The translations under genes and the position numbers were made by a program. 64,000 nt of DNA from Vicugna vicugna (taxonomy: Eukaryota): the NCBI GenBank assembly GCA_013265495.1, contig MU057651.1:434001-498000 (forward strand), in the 5' to 3' direction. Every line of letters begins with the position of its first letter. Position 1 is the stretch's first letter. This document shows positions 49,627-61,529 of the stretch, one piece after another. Under the pieces are notes generated by a model that made no database searches, was not told where the DNA came from, and saw only the letters and a program-made list of their open reading frames with translations.

Positions 49627-52094
49627 GAGATATGCATTATTTTGATTCAAATGTTACAGATGAGGAAACAGACCTACAGAAGGCAGATTACACCTGAGGT
49701 CACACATCTAGGAAATGGCTAAGCCAGGGTTTAAAACCCTGACTTATTAACCAAAGCGTACATACTTTCCACAAATTAAGAGCAGTGTCATTTGTTTTAG
49801 TTCCTGCCCCAGAAAACCGGTAGTGAGTGTTGACAACGGGCTTGTTCCACCCAAAACATGTTCTCAGTGGAACAACCTTTAACTGGAACTTAAAGTTGTC
49901 AGCATTATCAAGCCTGAGAAAACAATCCTGGCATGTCCATCAGCCTTTTTACAGATGTCCTCTCCTTGAGGGAAATTGATCTGTCAAAATATTGCAGAAA
50001 TGGGTACACATATTTGTTTTGCAACAGGGAAGACTCTTACTACTCTGCCTTGTTTAAAAGATTCACCACTGCATGCTGTCCAAGACTCTGTAAGGAATAG
50101 ATTTAAAATTCAAATTCCAACTTTTTAAGTTATAGTTTCCCACAACCTATGATTGAATTTGGCCTGATAACCAGCCCTATGATCAAATCAGGAAAGAACT
50201 CTTCTTGAGCCCTTAGTTCTTTCTTCCCTATTGGATGAGTCTGGGGAGAGGGACAAAAGCTTTTTCACTGAGCAGAAATAATTAGCCAAACCAATCCCCA
50301 CACCCTGCCCAAGGGCTCTTCGGAATGAATGTGTGAAAACCACAGGCTGTCTCTTGGCCTTGTTCTGAAGTAAGCTGAAACCACCTTGGTTCTACTTGGA
50401 TGGCCTTCCAGAAAAACTCCCCGTATACGAAGAGAGAAAACACAGTGTCTTTGGACTGGAATGAAGAAATGCTTAAAACATCTCAATATGAGAAAAAATG
50501 AGGAAGTGGCTGAATTGTGTATTGAGATCTGCAAGGCATTAGATAATTAGAGAAGATGAGACAGAGAACTAATTGCTAAAAGATCACGTTGGGAGGTATG
50601 TGATGTGCTGACTTTGAGGGAATTTTGAAATGAATCTGTGAGCAGATCCTCAAGGCCACCATCCATTGAGGACAAGAACTTTATGCCCTTTAAGCAAGTC
50701 ATGCTCTCTCTGAACCTCTATATCCTTGTGATTAAAAGAAGACCCGTAATTCCTGGCTGCATCTCTTGGGGTTATCAGGAGAATTATGTGAGTTCATATA
50801 TGGTACAGTGCTTTGAAAACAATTGTAGAAATGCAACTGCAGTTATTAAAGTGGCTCTAAAATTATTATCATGGCTTTTTGGGTAGGTGGGGTTATTTAT
50901 TTTCAGTGAGCAATATTTCAAAATAGACATCAAACCCAAACCAGTAGACGATTTTGAGTTGAGCTCTAGTGTTGGGATTAAATTGGGAGGGAAAAGCCAG
51001 AGCAAAGTGAGTGAAATGAGTGTCAAATCAGTTTGGTCTCCAGTCAAAGGATGAATGAAAAGCATATGTCAAACTGGCCCTTTTCTTCCTGTGTCATTCT
51101 GGCCATGTGAACTTGAACCTAGAACATATAATAACTTATCTAACTCACTACCCAGACAGTTTTTTAATTGCTGTACCTGGGGCTACTTATACCCACCTTA
51201 CACAGAGTTGCATCCTGATTTCCAGGGATCTGTCCAGCCTCCAGACAAGGGAATCTCTAATCTAAGAGCTCAGTGTCAATTCTGCCAGGCTGCTGACCAT
51301 CCTCTGCCCTTGGCCACTCATGCCAGAAACTGAACTTTCTCCTTGTTCTTTGGAAACTGACTCCCTCTACCTTATTCCTCACTCCTGGGAACCTCTGTTC
51401 CCCCATACATTTCAATCCCTGTAAATCTAGTTAAGTCAGCCTGGTTACCTTCCCAGACATCTTTTGCTGAGTCTTGTCCTGTTGCATTCTGATGGAGGCA
51501 AGGGTTTAAAGACAAGCACTGGGGAATGGGCAAGCAGAATCATTCAGAGAAGCTCGTGAGCCAAGACTGTGCCAGGCCAAGCTTGGCAATTGTGCTGCAC
51601 AGTGGAAGGAAGTGACAGACAGGGCACAGATACCATCTTCCCAGAGGGCTCTGCGGCATGAGGGTAGTTGCATGCCATGCTGGCTGCTCTGTCTGCCATT
51701 GTTTCATGACATTGTCTGTGAAACCTGGCTGGTGGGGTGAACAAAACTAGCTCTTGTAATCACTTTCTAATCTTTATCAAGGAGGATAAAAGCCTAGAAG
51801 ATAGACATAAACTCTGCTGTCTGCTTCTACCTGCTCCTATTTCTTTCTTTAATTCTATGCCGCAATTCTTCTCTCTCTTTCCTATCTGCCCCCCCATCAG
51901 AAAGTTGTCATAGGAAGGAATCCCAGAAGCAAATCATGTAAAAAGGAAGAGCAATGTAGCAAAAACTGAAAACAAACCAAAACACACATAGGCTTTGGAA
52001 TCAGAGACCTGTGTTCAAATCTTGACTTTGCTATACTCCTAACTGGAGCAAGCCTCTGTTTCCCCATCAGAAATAAGAATACAACTAAATGAGG

Positions 52095-52095
<1 letters not shown>

Positions 52096-52185
<90 letters not shown>

Positions 52186-52208
52186 CAGAGACAGAGACAG
52201 AGACAGAG
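52096..52208 (+). repeat. Compound microsatellite (TG)17 A (TG)12 (AG)6 (ACAGAG)7 within a MIR
   Basis: Read directly from the sequence. Confidence 0.95.
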
Positions 52209-53859
52209 AGAATGAGAGAAGAGTGTCTGGCTTCTCATAGACACCCAATAAACATTATTATCCTGGTTTTTATTGATTAATTGATGAGATGGTCTAGGAG
52301 ATTGAAAACTTCCTGATGTACCTCATTATAGAGGGGGTGGAAATGAACTGTACAATGAGAAGAAAGGTGACAACAGTGAGGCAATGCTGTGTTCTGAGGA
52401 GAGCAGTGAGGAAGACAGGCAAGTAAAAGAGGGTGAAGACTACCCCTATACATTCTCAAATTGCAGCTGAGAAATGGAAGCTCGGAGACAGCAGCTAAAG
52501 ATGTTTAGTAAAGCAGAAGAAAGGAAAATGAGGAATGTCGAGCTGGTGTTATTTCCAATCACTTTCAAAATGAACTGTGACAGCCTTCCATGTGGATTTG
52601 CCAATCTGAGACGATGCACAGTTTATCAGACCCTATTTTCATCTTTTTCTGCTACTTCTTTTACTTGACATTTATGTGAATTGGCTTCAGAATCCACATC
52701 AAATGGCACCCTCCCAGATTTTTCCCCCACAGAAGCCATAGAAATGCATATATGAATATATTTTTATCTGGTCTGTAAATGTAGGTGCTCTTTCAGCTTG
52801 TAAGGAATTGACATTTGCCTGGACATGTCAACATTTTCTCATTTCTCTTTGTCCATCTTTGGGGTTGATTCCATCAGGGAAGTCCAAGAAAGTGCATTTT
52901 TCAACAATGTAGTGAGTGGTAGTTGAATGGTTAGAAACTGATTTTCAAAATGCTTGTTGAATGTTGATGGTAAAATTAAGTCCTTTACTTACAGGTAGCT
53001 TAAGATTGATTAGCTGGCGGAGTGGCAGTGGAACATATGTAAACACAGAGATACAGAAAATAGAGAGAGAGGTATACCTGGAATATGTATTTTTGTAATA
53101 CATAAAGTTTCGGGTGAGAGAGTTACAGAGGATACTGAGAAAAAAAAACCTAGAAATTGCAAAAGAAACCTGTAGGTACAGATCTCTGGCCAATAGGTAG
53201 AAAGTGGCTCACATATAGACGTGCTGTGGTTAACAGTTTTAACATTTTGGCAAGACCAGTGGGCTCATTCTCAGTTAGATAAAAAGCTAGATAAGAGGGT
53301 AGATGAAAAAGGCAGTCTTCCCATTGGAAGTGCAGCAGCCATCCCTTTGTAGCATGACTGACAACTGCTGGGAAGCCAGAATCTGTCATTGACAAAGGAT
53401 GCAGCCACCATGTGGAACAAAGTGCCAGCACTTACCTGGGGACTGTTAGGCTTCCTGGCTGAGGTCAAGACTTCCATGATGTCAGCTCACAGTAATCACC
53501 AAGATGGCTCTCTGTCTTGAATACAAGGGGCAAGGTCCTGCTTGGAGACCCTCAGGTTCTGTAGGTGGTCTAGCAATCCTTCCTTTTCCTGCAGAGTAAT
53601 TGACTACTTTCCCTCACTGTGGCTTTACAGACTCTTGCCTTTCCCAAAGTGCTTCCTTTATTCACCAGAAATCCTAGTGCCCTGGCAAAACCTAGCTCCC
53701 ACAGTCTCTAAGCTGTTTGGCACAGGTCGTGTTCCTCTTTGGGTGGCTTATGTGGTATGTGCACATAACACTCTAAGCTTGTCTGGCCTCTAGGTCTCTG
53801 TCTTCCACCTTATTCCTTTGCTCCCTTCCCAGTCCTTAACTTTAAGCCATCACCACCCC

Positions 53860-54775
53860 TTAGCTGGACGAATGCCTTGTCTTCTAACCAATCTCTTTGT
53901 TTCTACTCTTACCCCACCCCACCCCAGTCTTACCACAGCAACCAGAGTAATAGATTTTAAATGCAAATCTGATGGTATCACTCCCAGATTTCTTTCACAG
54001 ATCAAACCCAAAGTTCACAAAAGTCCCCACAAAAGACCCCCGGGTCTGGTCTTTATCCTCGTCTCCAGTCTCTTCTCTAAGAACTCACTGCTGGCATCCT
54101 ATGCTTGAGCCATTTGGAACTATTTACACTTCTCTAAACAGACTGTATTCTTTCACACCTCCATGTCTTTGCTCTACTGGTGTAATTCTCAAGTCCTGAA
54201 TACCTCTTCTACCCTTCTCTGCCTAACTGGCTCCAATTTATCTTTTTTTAATGGCTTTATTGAGATGGAATTCACATAAACAATTCACTCATTTAGAATG
54301 TACAAGTCACTGGATTTTAGTTTAGCCACAGAGTTGCACAACAATCACCACTATCTAATGCCAGAACATCTTTATGTTCTGGCAAGAAACCCTGTACCTA
54401 TTAGCAGACCCTCTCCAATTCCCCCCCACCTGACTCCTCCCTGCCCTCTGCTGACCAGCCCCTGGCAACCACTTATCTACTTTCAGTCTCTATAGATTTG
54501 TCTATTCCAGAGTCATCCTTCAAGATTTTTTCAGGTATTGCCTCCTCTTGTTTGCCTCCTTGTCCCCTGATTCCAAAGCCTCTCCTCTGGGATCCAGTAA
54601 TATCCCTTGTATGGCTCTGTCATGGTCCACTGATCCACTGTATTTTTGATCCACTGTATTCTTACCTCCCTCCTCACTGGAAGTGACTTACTCATCTCTG
54701 ACACTCCAGCCTCTAATTCCTGACCTAGCTTAGAGAAAGGACTCTGTAACTACTGTATTATTGAATGAATGACTT
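53860..54775 (+). mobile_element. L2 fragment interrupted by an antisense L1MB-like 3' end (about 54245-54510)
   Basis: cacagcaaccagagtaa...aaatgcaaatctgat (L2); gctttattgagatggaattcacata...ccctggcaaccact (L1); L2 tail ttgaatgaatga. Confidence 0.7.
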
Positions 54776-55519
54776 CCCAGAAGCCCTGACAAGGGGAAAG
54801 GCCTCTCAGTGAGTGGGTTAGAGATGAGCGGATGCACAGGCAAAGCCAGATGGTAGATGCCTAAGTGCCCATTTTTCAGCTCACTTGCACTTGGATCAAC
54901 TCAGCAACCACCACACTGATGTCTCTTTCATCTCTGCAGTTGATATGTAGGTTCCAGAAGCTAGGGAAACATTACCATAAGTGGTGCAGAGGAAAGCTAT
55001 CCTCAGGAAATATTCATGATATACCAGTTTAAGCTTTACCTGTGGGACTAACAGCAACACTCTCAGGCCATCTTTCTCCGTAACTTTTTCAATTTCCTAT
55101 TATCTCTCTTTCCCTCTCTCTCTCTCTCCCTTCCTCTTGTCTTCCCTTCCTCCTTCATTCTCTTCTCCTCCCTTCCATCCTCTCCCCACCCACCCCCCAA
55201 CACCCTTGGCATATTTGCCTTTATTTTTAAAATACATTTCAGAATATCTGTTTAACCATGTAAATCTTAAGATTTTAAAAGAAATTGATTTTAACATGAA
55301 ACGTCTAAACATGAACCTACTTTGAAAGCTGTTTAATTGTTCCATTTTAATGCCCCACATTTTTCTTTTTACATGATTGGCTCTTTTAAAAAAATATCAA
55401 CAAGGGAATAGAAAACAATTTGCAAACACAATGGAATATGAAGATGTTAAATACTAAACCACTTCATTGTCAGCATTTTACTGACTAGAGACAAAGAAAG
55501 GGGTGCCCTCTGACTCTGG

Positions 55520-55785
55520 CCACTGTCATCCTCTCCTGTCTCTATATCTTTTCCCTGATTTCAAACTTCCTCATTCTTCTTTCCCTCGAGAATCCTTTAC
55601 CCTCTCTTTTTTGTCTCCCCTCTCCTCCACTCCTGATCTCTTTCTCTCCCTCTTTTTTGAGTCTCTCTTCTGCCCATTTTTCTATATGAGCCTCTCTTTA
55701 TGTTTCACAGTTTCTCCTCCACTTTCTTTTTCATTCTTCTTCCTAATTAGCCCTCTCTTTTTTTTCCTTCTGTTCTTTTCATCCA
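55520..55785 (+). repeat. Long CT-rich polypyrimidine low-complexity tract
   Basis: About 265 nt dominated by C/T, followed by a purine-rich block at about 55790-55860. Confidence 0.85.
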
Positions 55786-56283
55786 GAATGAGGCAGGAAA
55801 GAGAGAGTGGAGGGGAAGGTGAACAGGAAAAGGGTAGAGGGGGAGAGATAGACAATGGGGCTGTTCTGCAGCTGCCACATCATCTGCCACCAAAGAGGAT
55901 ATGTCCTGGTTGGAATCACTCCTACTGCTTCCCCTTTAAGCTCAGGCACATAACCCCTCTGTGTCTCACTTCGGTCTCACTTATAAAATTGAAACAAAAT
56001 CATATGATCCCAGACTACCTCCCAGAGATGTTGCTAGGGTCAAACTTGGGAATGAATATGAAAAAGGTTTGAAAAGAACCAGACCCCTGTAATTGGAAGC
56101 GCTCAGGGGAAAGGGTGGGTGGATTACCGCCGTGTACTGCGCGAGGATCTAATTAACTGAGGATTGTAGTTCTTGCCTTTCTGAGGAATGTGTTTCTTTT
56201 CACCTTTGTTCTACTCATCAAATCACTTGGTTGTCTGTGTACCTCGTTTGAATGTTCTTAGTGTCTTCAGAGGGGAAGGATAA

Positions 56284-56496
<213 letters not shown>

Positions 56497-57439
56497 TGAG
56501 GGTTTTCTCTTCCATTTACCTCAACAGCACATCAAGGCCAGAATTTCCCTTCATCTGGTCCAATAGCTTGAAGCCCTGGGAATCCCAGCAGGGGCCAAGC
56601 TTCCAGTCCCTTTTATTTATTCTTCTGATGCCCAGTTTATTTAATTCTGATTCTATTTAACCAAAAGGAAGAGTTACCAAGGGCCCAAATACCCATTCTG
56701 AGCTAATGGTGTCACCAAATGACAGCTCAGGGGGTGAGTTGAGCACTTGTTCCTCCAATTCAGAGGCATGGCAAAGAGAGCATCGAGGGCAGCTTATGTC
56801 CTCAGGCTCCAGTGAATGACAGAAAGAAAGTTAACCCAAAGTTACTCCCTTTAAATTCATGGGACATCAAAATATGAACGGACCCTAGTTTCATTGTGTA
56901 TTCTTCATTACTGGACAGTATAGGAAGAGAGGACATATATACATTGCATTGTCCCTGTGCACCATTTACATCTCTAAGTTATCCCAAATACATATATCGT
57001 TAAAATAACAGATGTGTATAAATTCTCTGCCTCTACTTTCCAAACCGATTCCCACCCAGAAATCTCTTCTGTACAGAAAATCTGGAGCGGCCACTGCCTT
57101 GAACCTCATCTCTGAGGTGGTGTGAATGTGACTTCTGCTCTGATTACCACACCCTAGAGCAGCTTCCTCCAGGATTCTCTTGTCTTCTCCTAGTTCACAA
57201 GACAGCATGAGGAGAAAGGCAAAAAGTCGCCAGTGTGCCCAACTCCATCACAAAACCATAGATGGTCAAACCTAGAAGAGATCTTAAATGGAGATAAACT
57301 AGTTTCATTTGATTCTCTCAATAATTTGGTGAGATTGATATTTTACAGATAAGAAAATTGAGACCCAGAACAGTGAAGTTATTTTCTAGGATGACATAGC
57401 TAGGTAGTAGCAGACTTAAGACCGGCACCCAGGTGACGA

Positions 57440-57638
57440 CCAGCCGGTTTATTCTAGCTCATTAAAGCTGATTGTGTACATAGCTTCCCAACTGTGTGTT
57501 CGGTGACATCATATTGCTAACCAGAACTCAACCATGATGGGAATATTTACACCATCGAAATCAGCAAATACTGCAAATTAAGGTTGTCGTTTTCTCCAGT
57601 AGAAAGTCGGTTGTTACACATTTAACAGTGCATCAGTG
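57440..57638. mobile_element. MER63A-like hAT DNA transposon
   Basis: gctgattgtgtaca...cttcccaact...gggaatatttacacca...cggttgttacacattta. Confidence 0.65.
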
Positions 57639-58549
57639 CCTGGCACCTATTTTCATTTCCTTTTCTCTACATCAGGATTTCAATTTCCTGGTTAATCTGA
57701 CCATTATCTACTCCATCATTCCTAATGCCCATTCCATTTCTTTGATGACTCCTTTAACCTCTGGCACTGACCCTGACCAGAACCTTCTAATTGTCCTGCT
57801 GAGCTATTTGATTTTTCCAAAGGAGGGTCTGCTGAACTGTCTGTGTATAACCAATCTTACCCAGAGATTGTGAGATGAATGAAAATTGTTTTTGCAGTCA
57901 GCTTTCAGACATTCTTCCCAGCAGCAAAGCTTGTTAATGTAGACGTTCCAAGACAGGGAGGAGCTCCAACTTCTGTATTTCTCTCCACCCGGAACCTCCT
58001 ATGGATGCTACATTGTTTCTTCCTGTGTCTTTGCCGTGTGCATCTTTGCCCTTATTTTCCTTCTGGGAAGTGTGACCTACCCCAGCACCTTCCACCAGTG
58101 CCTTCCCCAAAGGGCTGGGGCAAGTTTGGGCATTTATTCTGTCTGCACACTTGAGTCATTCTGCTTTTCAGCTGACATGTTCAGTTCATTTAGGTTGAGG
58201 CCCCACCATCCATAACCCATTGAGGTGAGTGCTGGCACTGTTAAACCATTTCTCCTGATTGAGTTTGCAGGCTTTATGTGTGGGTTTGTTTGTTTTGTTT
58301 TTGTTTTTGTTTTGCTTTCGACTCAATTCTAAAAATTAATTTAACTGCCGAAGGACTAGAACAAGCAACACGTGGCAGCAAGTCAGAGCCTCACTGTTCT
58401 CCTGACTCGAGTTTTCAGTGTATCATTTTATTTTTCAGATTACCCTTTTTTATGGCAGTTAGGCAAACACACATTAAGGAATAAATTACATAGTTTTCTA
58501 AAGCAAACTTTAAAAAACACTTAGATTTTGGTATAATTCTCACTAATTT

Positions 58550-59190
58550 GTTAACTTTTTACTTTGATATTTCAAATTTACAGATAAGATGCAAGAATAA
58601 CTTAAAGGACTTCTGTATACTCTTTACAAAGATTCACCAGTTGTTTATATTTTCCCCATTTCTTTTATTTTTGTGTTTTCTCCCTCTCTCCCCTCCACAT
58701 GTATTTTACTAAATTTTTTAACCATTTGAGATTAAGTTGCAGACATCACACCCTTTACCTCTAAATACTTCAGTATGTATTTCCTAAGAATAAGGACATT
58801 TTCTTTTGTAACCATTGTACAATTATAAAATCAGGAAGTTTGCACTGATTCAATACCGTTACATACTCTGCCATCCATATTCAAACTTTATCAATTGCCC
58901 CAATGGTTTTCTTTTTTCTGGTCCAGGATCCAATCTAGGATCACACATTGCCTTCAGTGATCATCTCTCTTTAGTCTTCTTTAATCTAGAAAGGTTCTTG
59001 AGTTTTTTTTTATCTTTTCAGACAGTATACTATAGAAATGAAGAGCACAGGCTAGTTATTTGGTAAAATGTCCTATTTAGGTTTGTCTGATGTTTCTTTG
59101 TGTGTTAAATTCAGATTATACATTTGGGACAGAAATGTCATAGAAGTGGTATTGCGTCTCTCTCAGTGCATCCTATCAGGAAGCAGTAGC
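58550..59190 (-). mobile_element. Old L1 (L1MC/ME-like) 3' region
   Basis: ccatttgagattaagttgcagacatc...cctctaaatacttcagtatgtatttcctaagaataaggacatt...ccaggatccaatctaggatcacacattgc. Confidence 0.75.
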
Positions 59191-61529
59191 CACATGCTTA
59201 CACCACCAATGATGGAGGATGAACTTGTTTTTCTGAATAAGCTAAAAAGTGTCTTGTAACCTTGGCTCAGTCCCTCTGGGGCTCAGGCTCAGTTTCTTAC
59301 TCCTCCCTTCACACAGTTACCTGAGCCTTAGCACCACCAAGGTCCTTGGGCAGTGGGCCTAAGCAGATCTCATCTGAATCTCCATCCAAGTGGACCTGAA
59401 AGGTGTGAGTCATGGTGGAGACAGGAAGCAGGTGGCTGAGGCTGTGACTTTCCTCCTGCACAACTGGAAACAAACTTGAAGTCCCAGCATCCCTTTGGTA
59501 ACTTTTGATGGTCGTGGCAGGGCCCTAAGCTGTAATCAGCCTCTTGGCTTCCCCTCTTAAGCAACTCATGGAGAATCCTTTTTAATGCAGCTGTGATGAG
59601 GTTAGCCAAAGTCCGCATACTCAAGTGCTACAATATGGACACGAAGTAAATCCTTGTATAGTTAATGAGAACAACATTTTGCATTTCCATGCTGCTTTAT
59701 CTTTTTGCATAGCCATTTTTCAATTTATCCTTGTGATAACCCTGTGAAAGAGAAAGGGCAGGTTAGTAGTTCCATTTTGCAGATGAGAAAAAGGAGGTGC
59801 CAAGGCTAGAGACAACCCCAGTATGAGTCAACCATCTGCAGAAGGTACCATATTAAAGATGTTCAGAATACCTAGGAACATAGGGAAACTTTTTCATTTA
59901 TTTAAAAAAAAATTCCAGATTAGTGATTGCCCCCATGGCTTTAAATTTGGAGGCATTTTGCTTGCAAAGTTGCCTGGTGATAGAAGGAAAATCTATTTGC
60001 TGTATTATATTTGAAAACATAACTAACACTATTTAAATATACATCTTCCTCTGTGTTTCCAGACTTTTTTTCTGTCATCCTGGAAGTGCTTAGAGAGAAA
60101 GTTTGATGAATAAAGCAGGGTCTCCTGACCCTTAAACCACAGACACCACTTTAAGTGGGCTTTGGTAGTGTAATCAAGAGGGAACAAAAGGACTGCAAAA
60201 GCACAAAGGAGGTTGGGAAAGACATTTGACTGGGCAGGGGGAGGGTGTCGAAGTGAAAGACAGGAAAGCTTTACAGACTAGGTGACATTTAAGTGGGACC
60301 TTGAAGCCTGGGTAGGCTTTTGATGGCTGGTGAAGAAAACGGGTAATTAAGCTGAAAAAAAACAAATCAGCCACACCATCAGAAAAGCAGAGGGCACATT
60401 TGGGAAAAAGCAACCCCAAACTAGAAGCCAGGTTTCTCAAAACCTCTCTCTGACTTCCTTTGGACTATAAGCTTCTTGGACCAGAGACCAAGTTTTTGTT
60501 TTCTCTAACGCAATAGTATCGCCAGCACAGCTGTATTTGTTACAAACATTTTGTTCTGTAGGGCTCCAGGGGACTAAGCAAATGAATTTCAGGTGCAAAT
60601 TATTTGTATTGTTAAGCAATATGTGTGTTTCTGTATTTCTACATATCAGTCAACAAAAACAGAATGTTGAGATAATTCATTTTCCTGAACATTGTTCTAC
60701 CCATACAAAAAATTTATTTTGAATAAATAAATTGATGGAGGACAGAAGTACCGAAGTTCATACCTAAGCCTAGTCCTCTGGATTTTCTCCATAGCCTGCA
60801 TTTCACCCACCCATTCCAAGTCATAGCAGCTGCAAGTGGAGCCTCCTCCCGATGCTACCCCTAGGCCTGTTCCCCCTTCCTCTGAGATAACAGTCTGGAA
60901 CAATCTTCTTGGATCATTATTTCCACTAACCAACCAAATACACTGAAGGGTCTGTTACATGTACGCTAAAGTGCAGGAGTGAATGCTGAAGCCCAGTGGT
61001 TCAGTGTGGTGGGACTCACAGAGGCTTCCATAATGAAAAGGACCTTGTGTGCTGCCTGAAAAATCCTCAGGGGGTTCACTAACTTGGCAGTGTCTGCCTC
61101 CTTTCCCTTGTTTTGCTATAACTAAAGAAAAACTGAATGCAGTGATCCAAGTTATAGAATTTTAGAGCTAGAAGGAAGCTTAAAGACCTAGTCTACATCT
61201 TCCCCAATTTTCAGACCTAGAAGTAAAGAGCCTGAAAGGGGAAGTTAGGCTTGGGCCCTAGGTCTCCAGGCTCTTGATCTTGTGCTCTTTCTACTACAAT
61301 GGATTCACATTATGTGTAAGTTTAACTTATGGAATTCATCAATGGGCACAATATAGTTATAGAACTCAACTACTACAAAACTGTCTCTTACATTTGTACA
61401 CATCATTATATACTGAATATTACTGTATACACTATACACCAATACATGCATATTGCTGTATAGGGTTATATGCTCAGGAATCATATTGGTAGTATTCAAT
61501 TGTCAAAGTAAAGGATTTTCAAAGGTACT

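Noticed and set aside
55503..56072. 189-aa Phe/Leu/Ser-rich ORF
   Set aside because: Artefact of a stop-poor pyrimidine tract.
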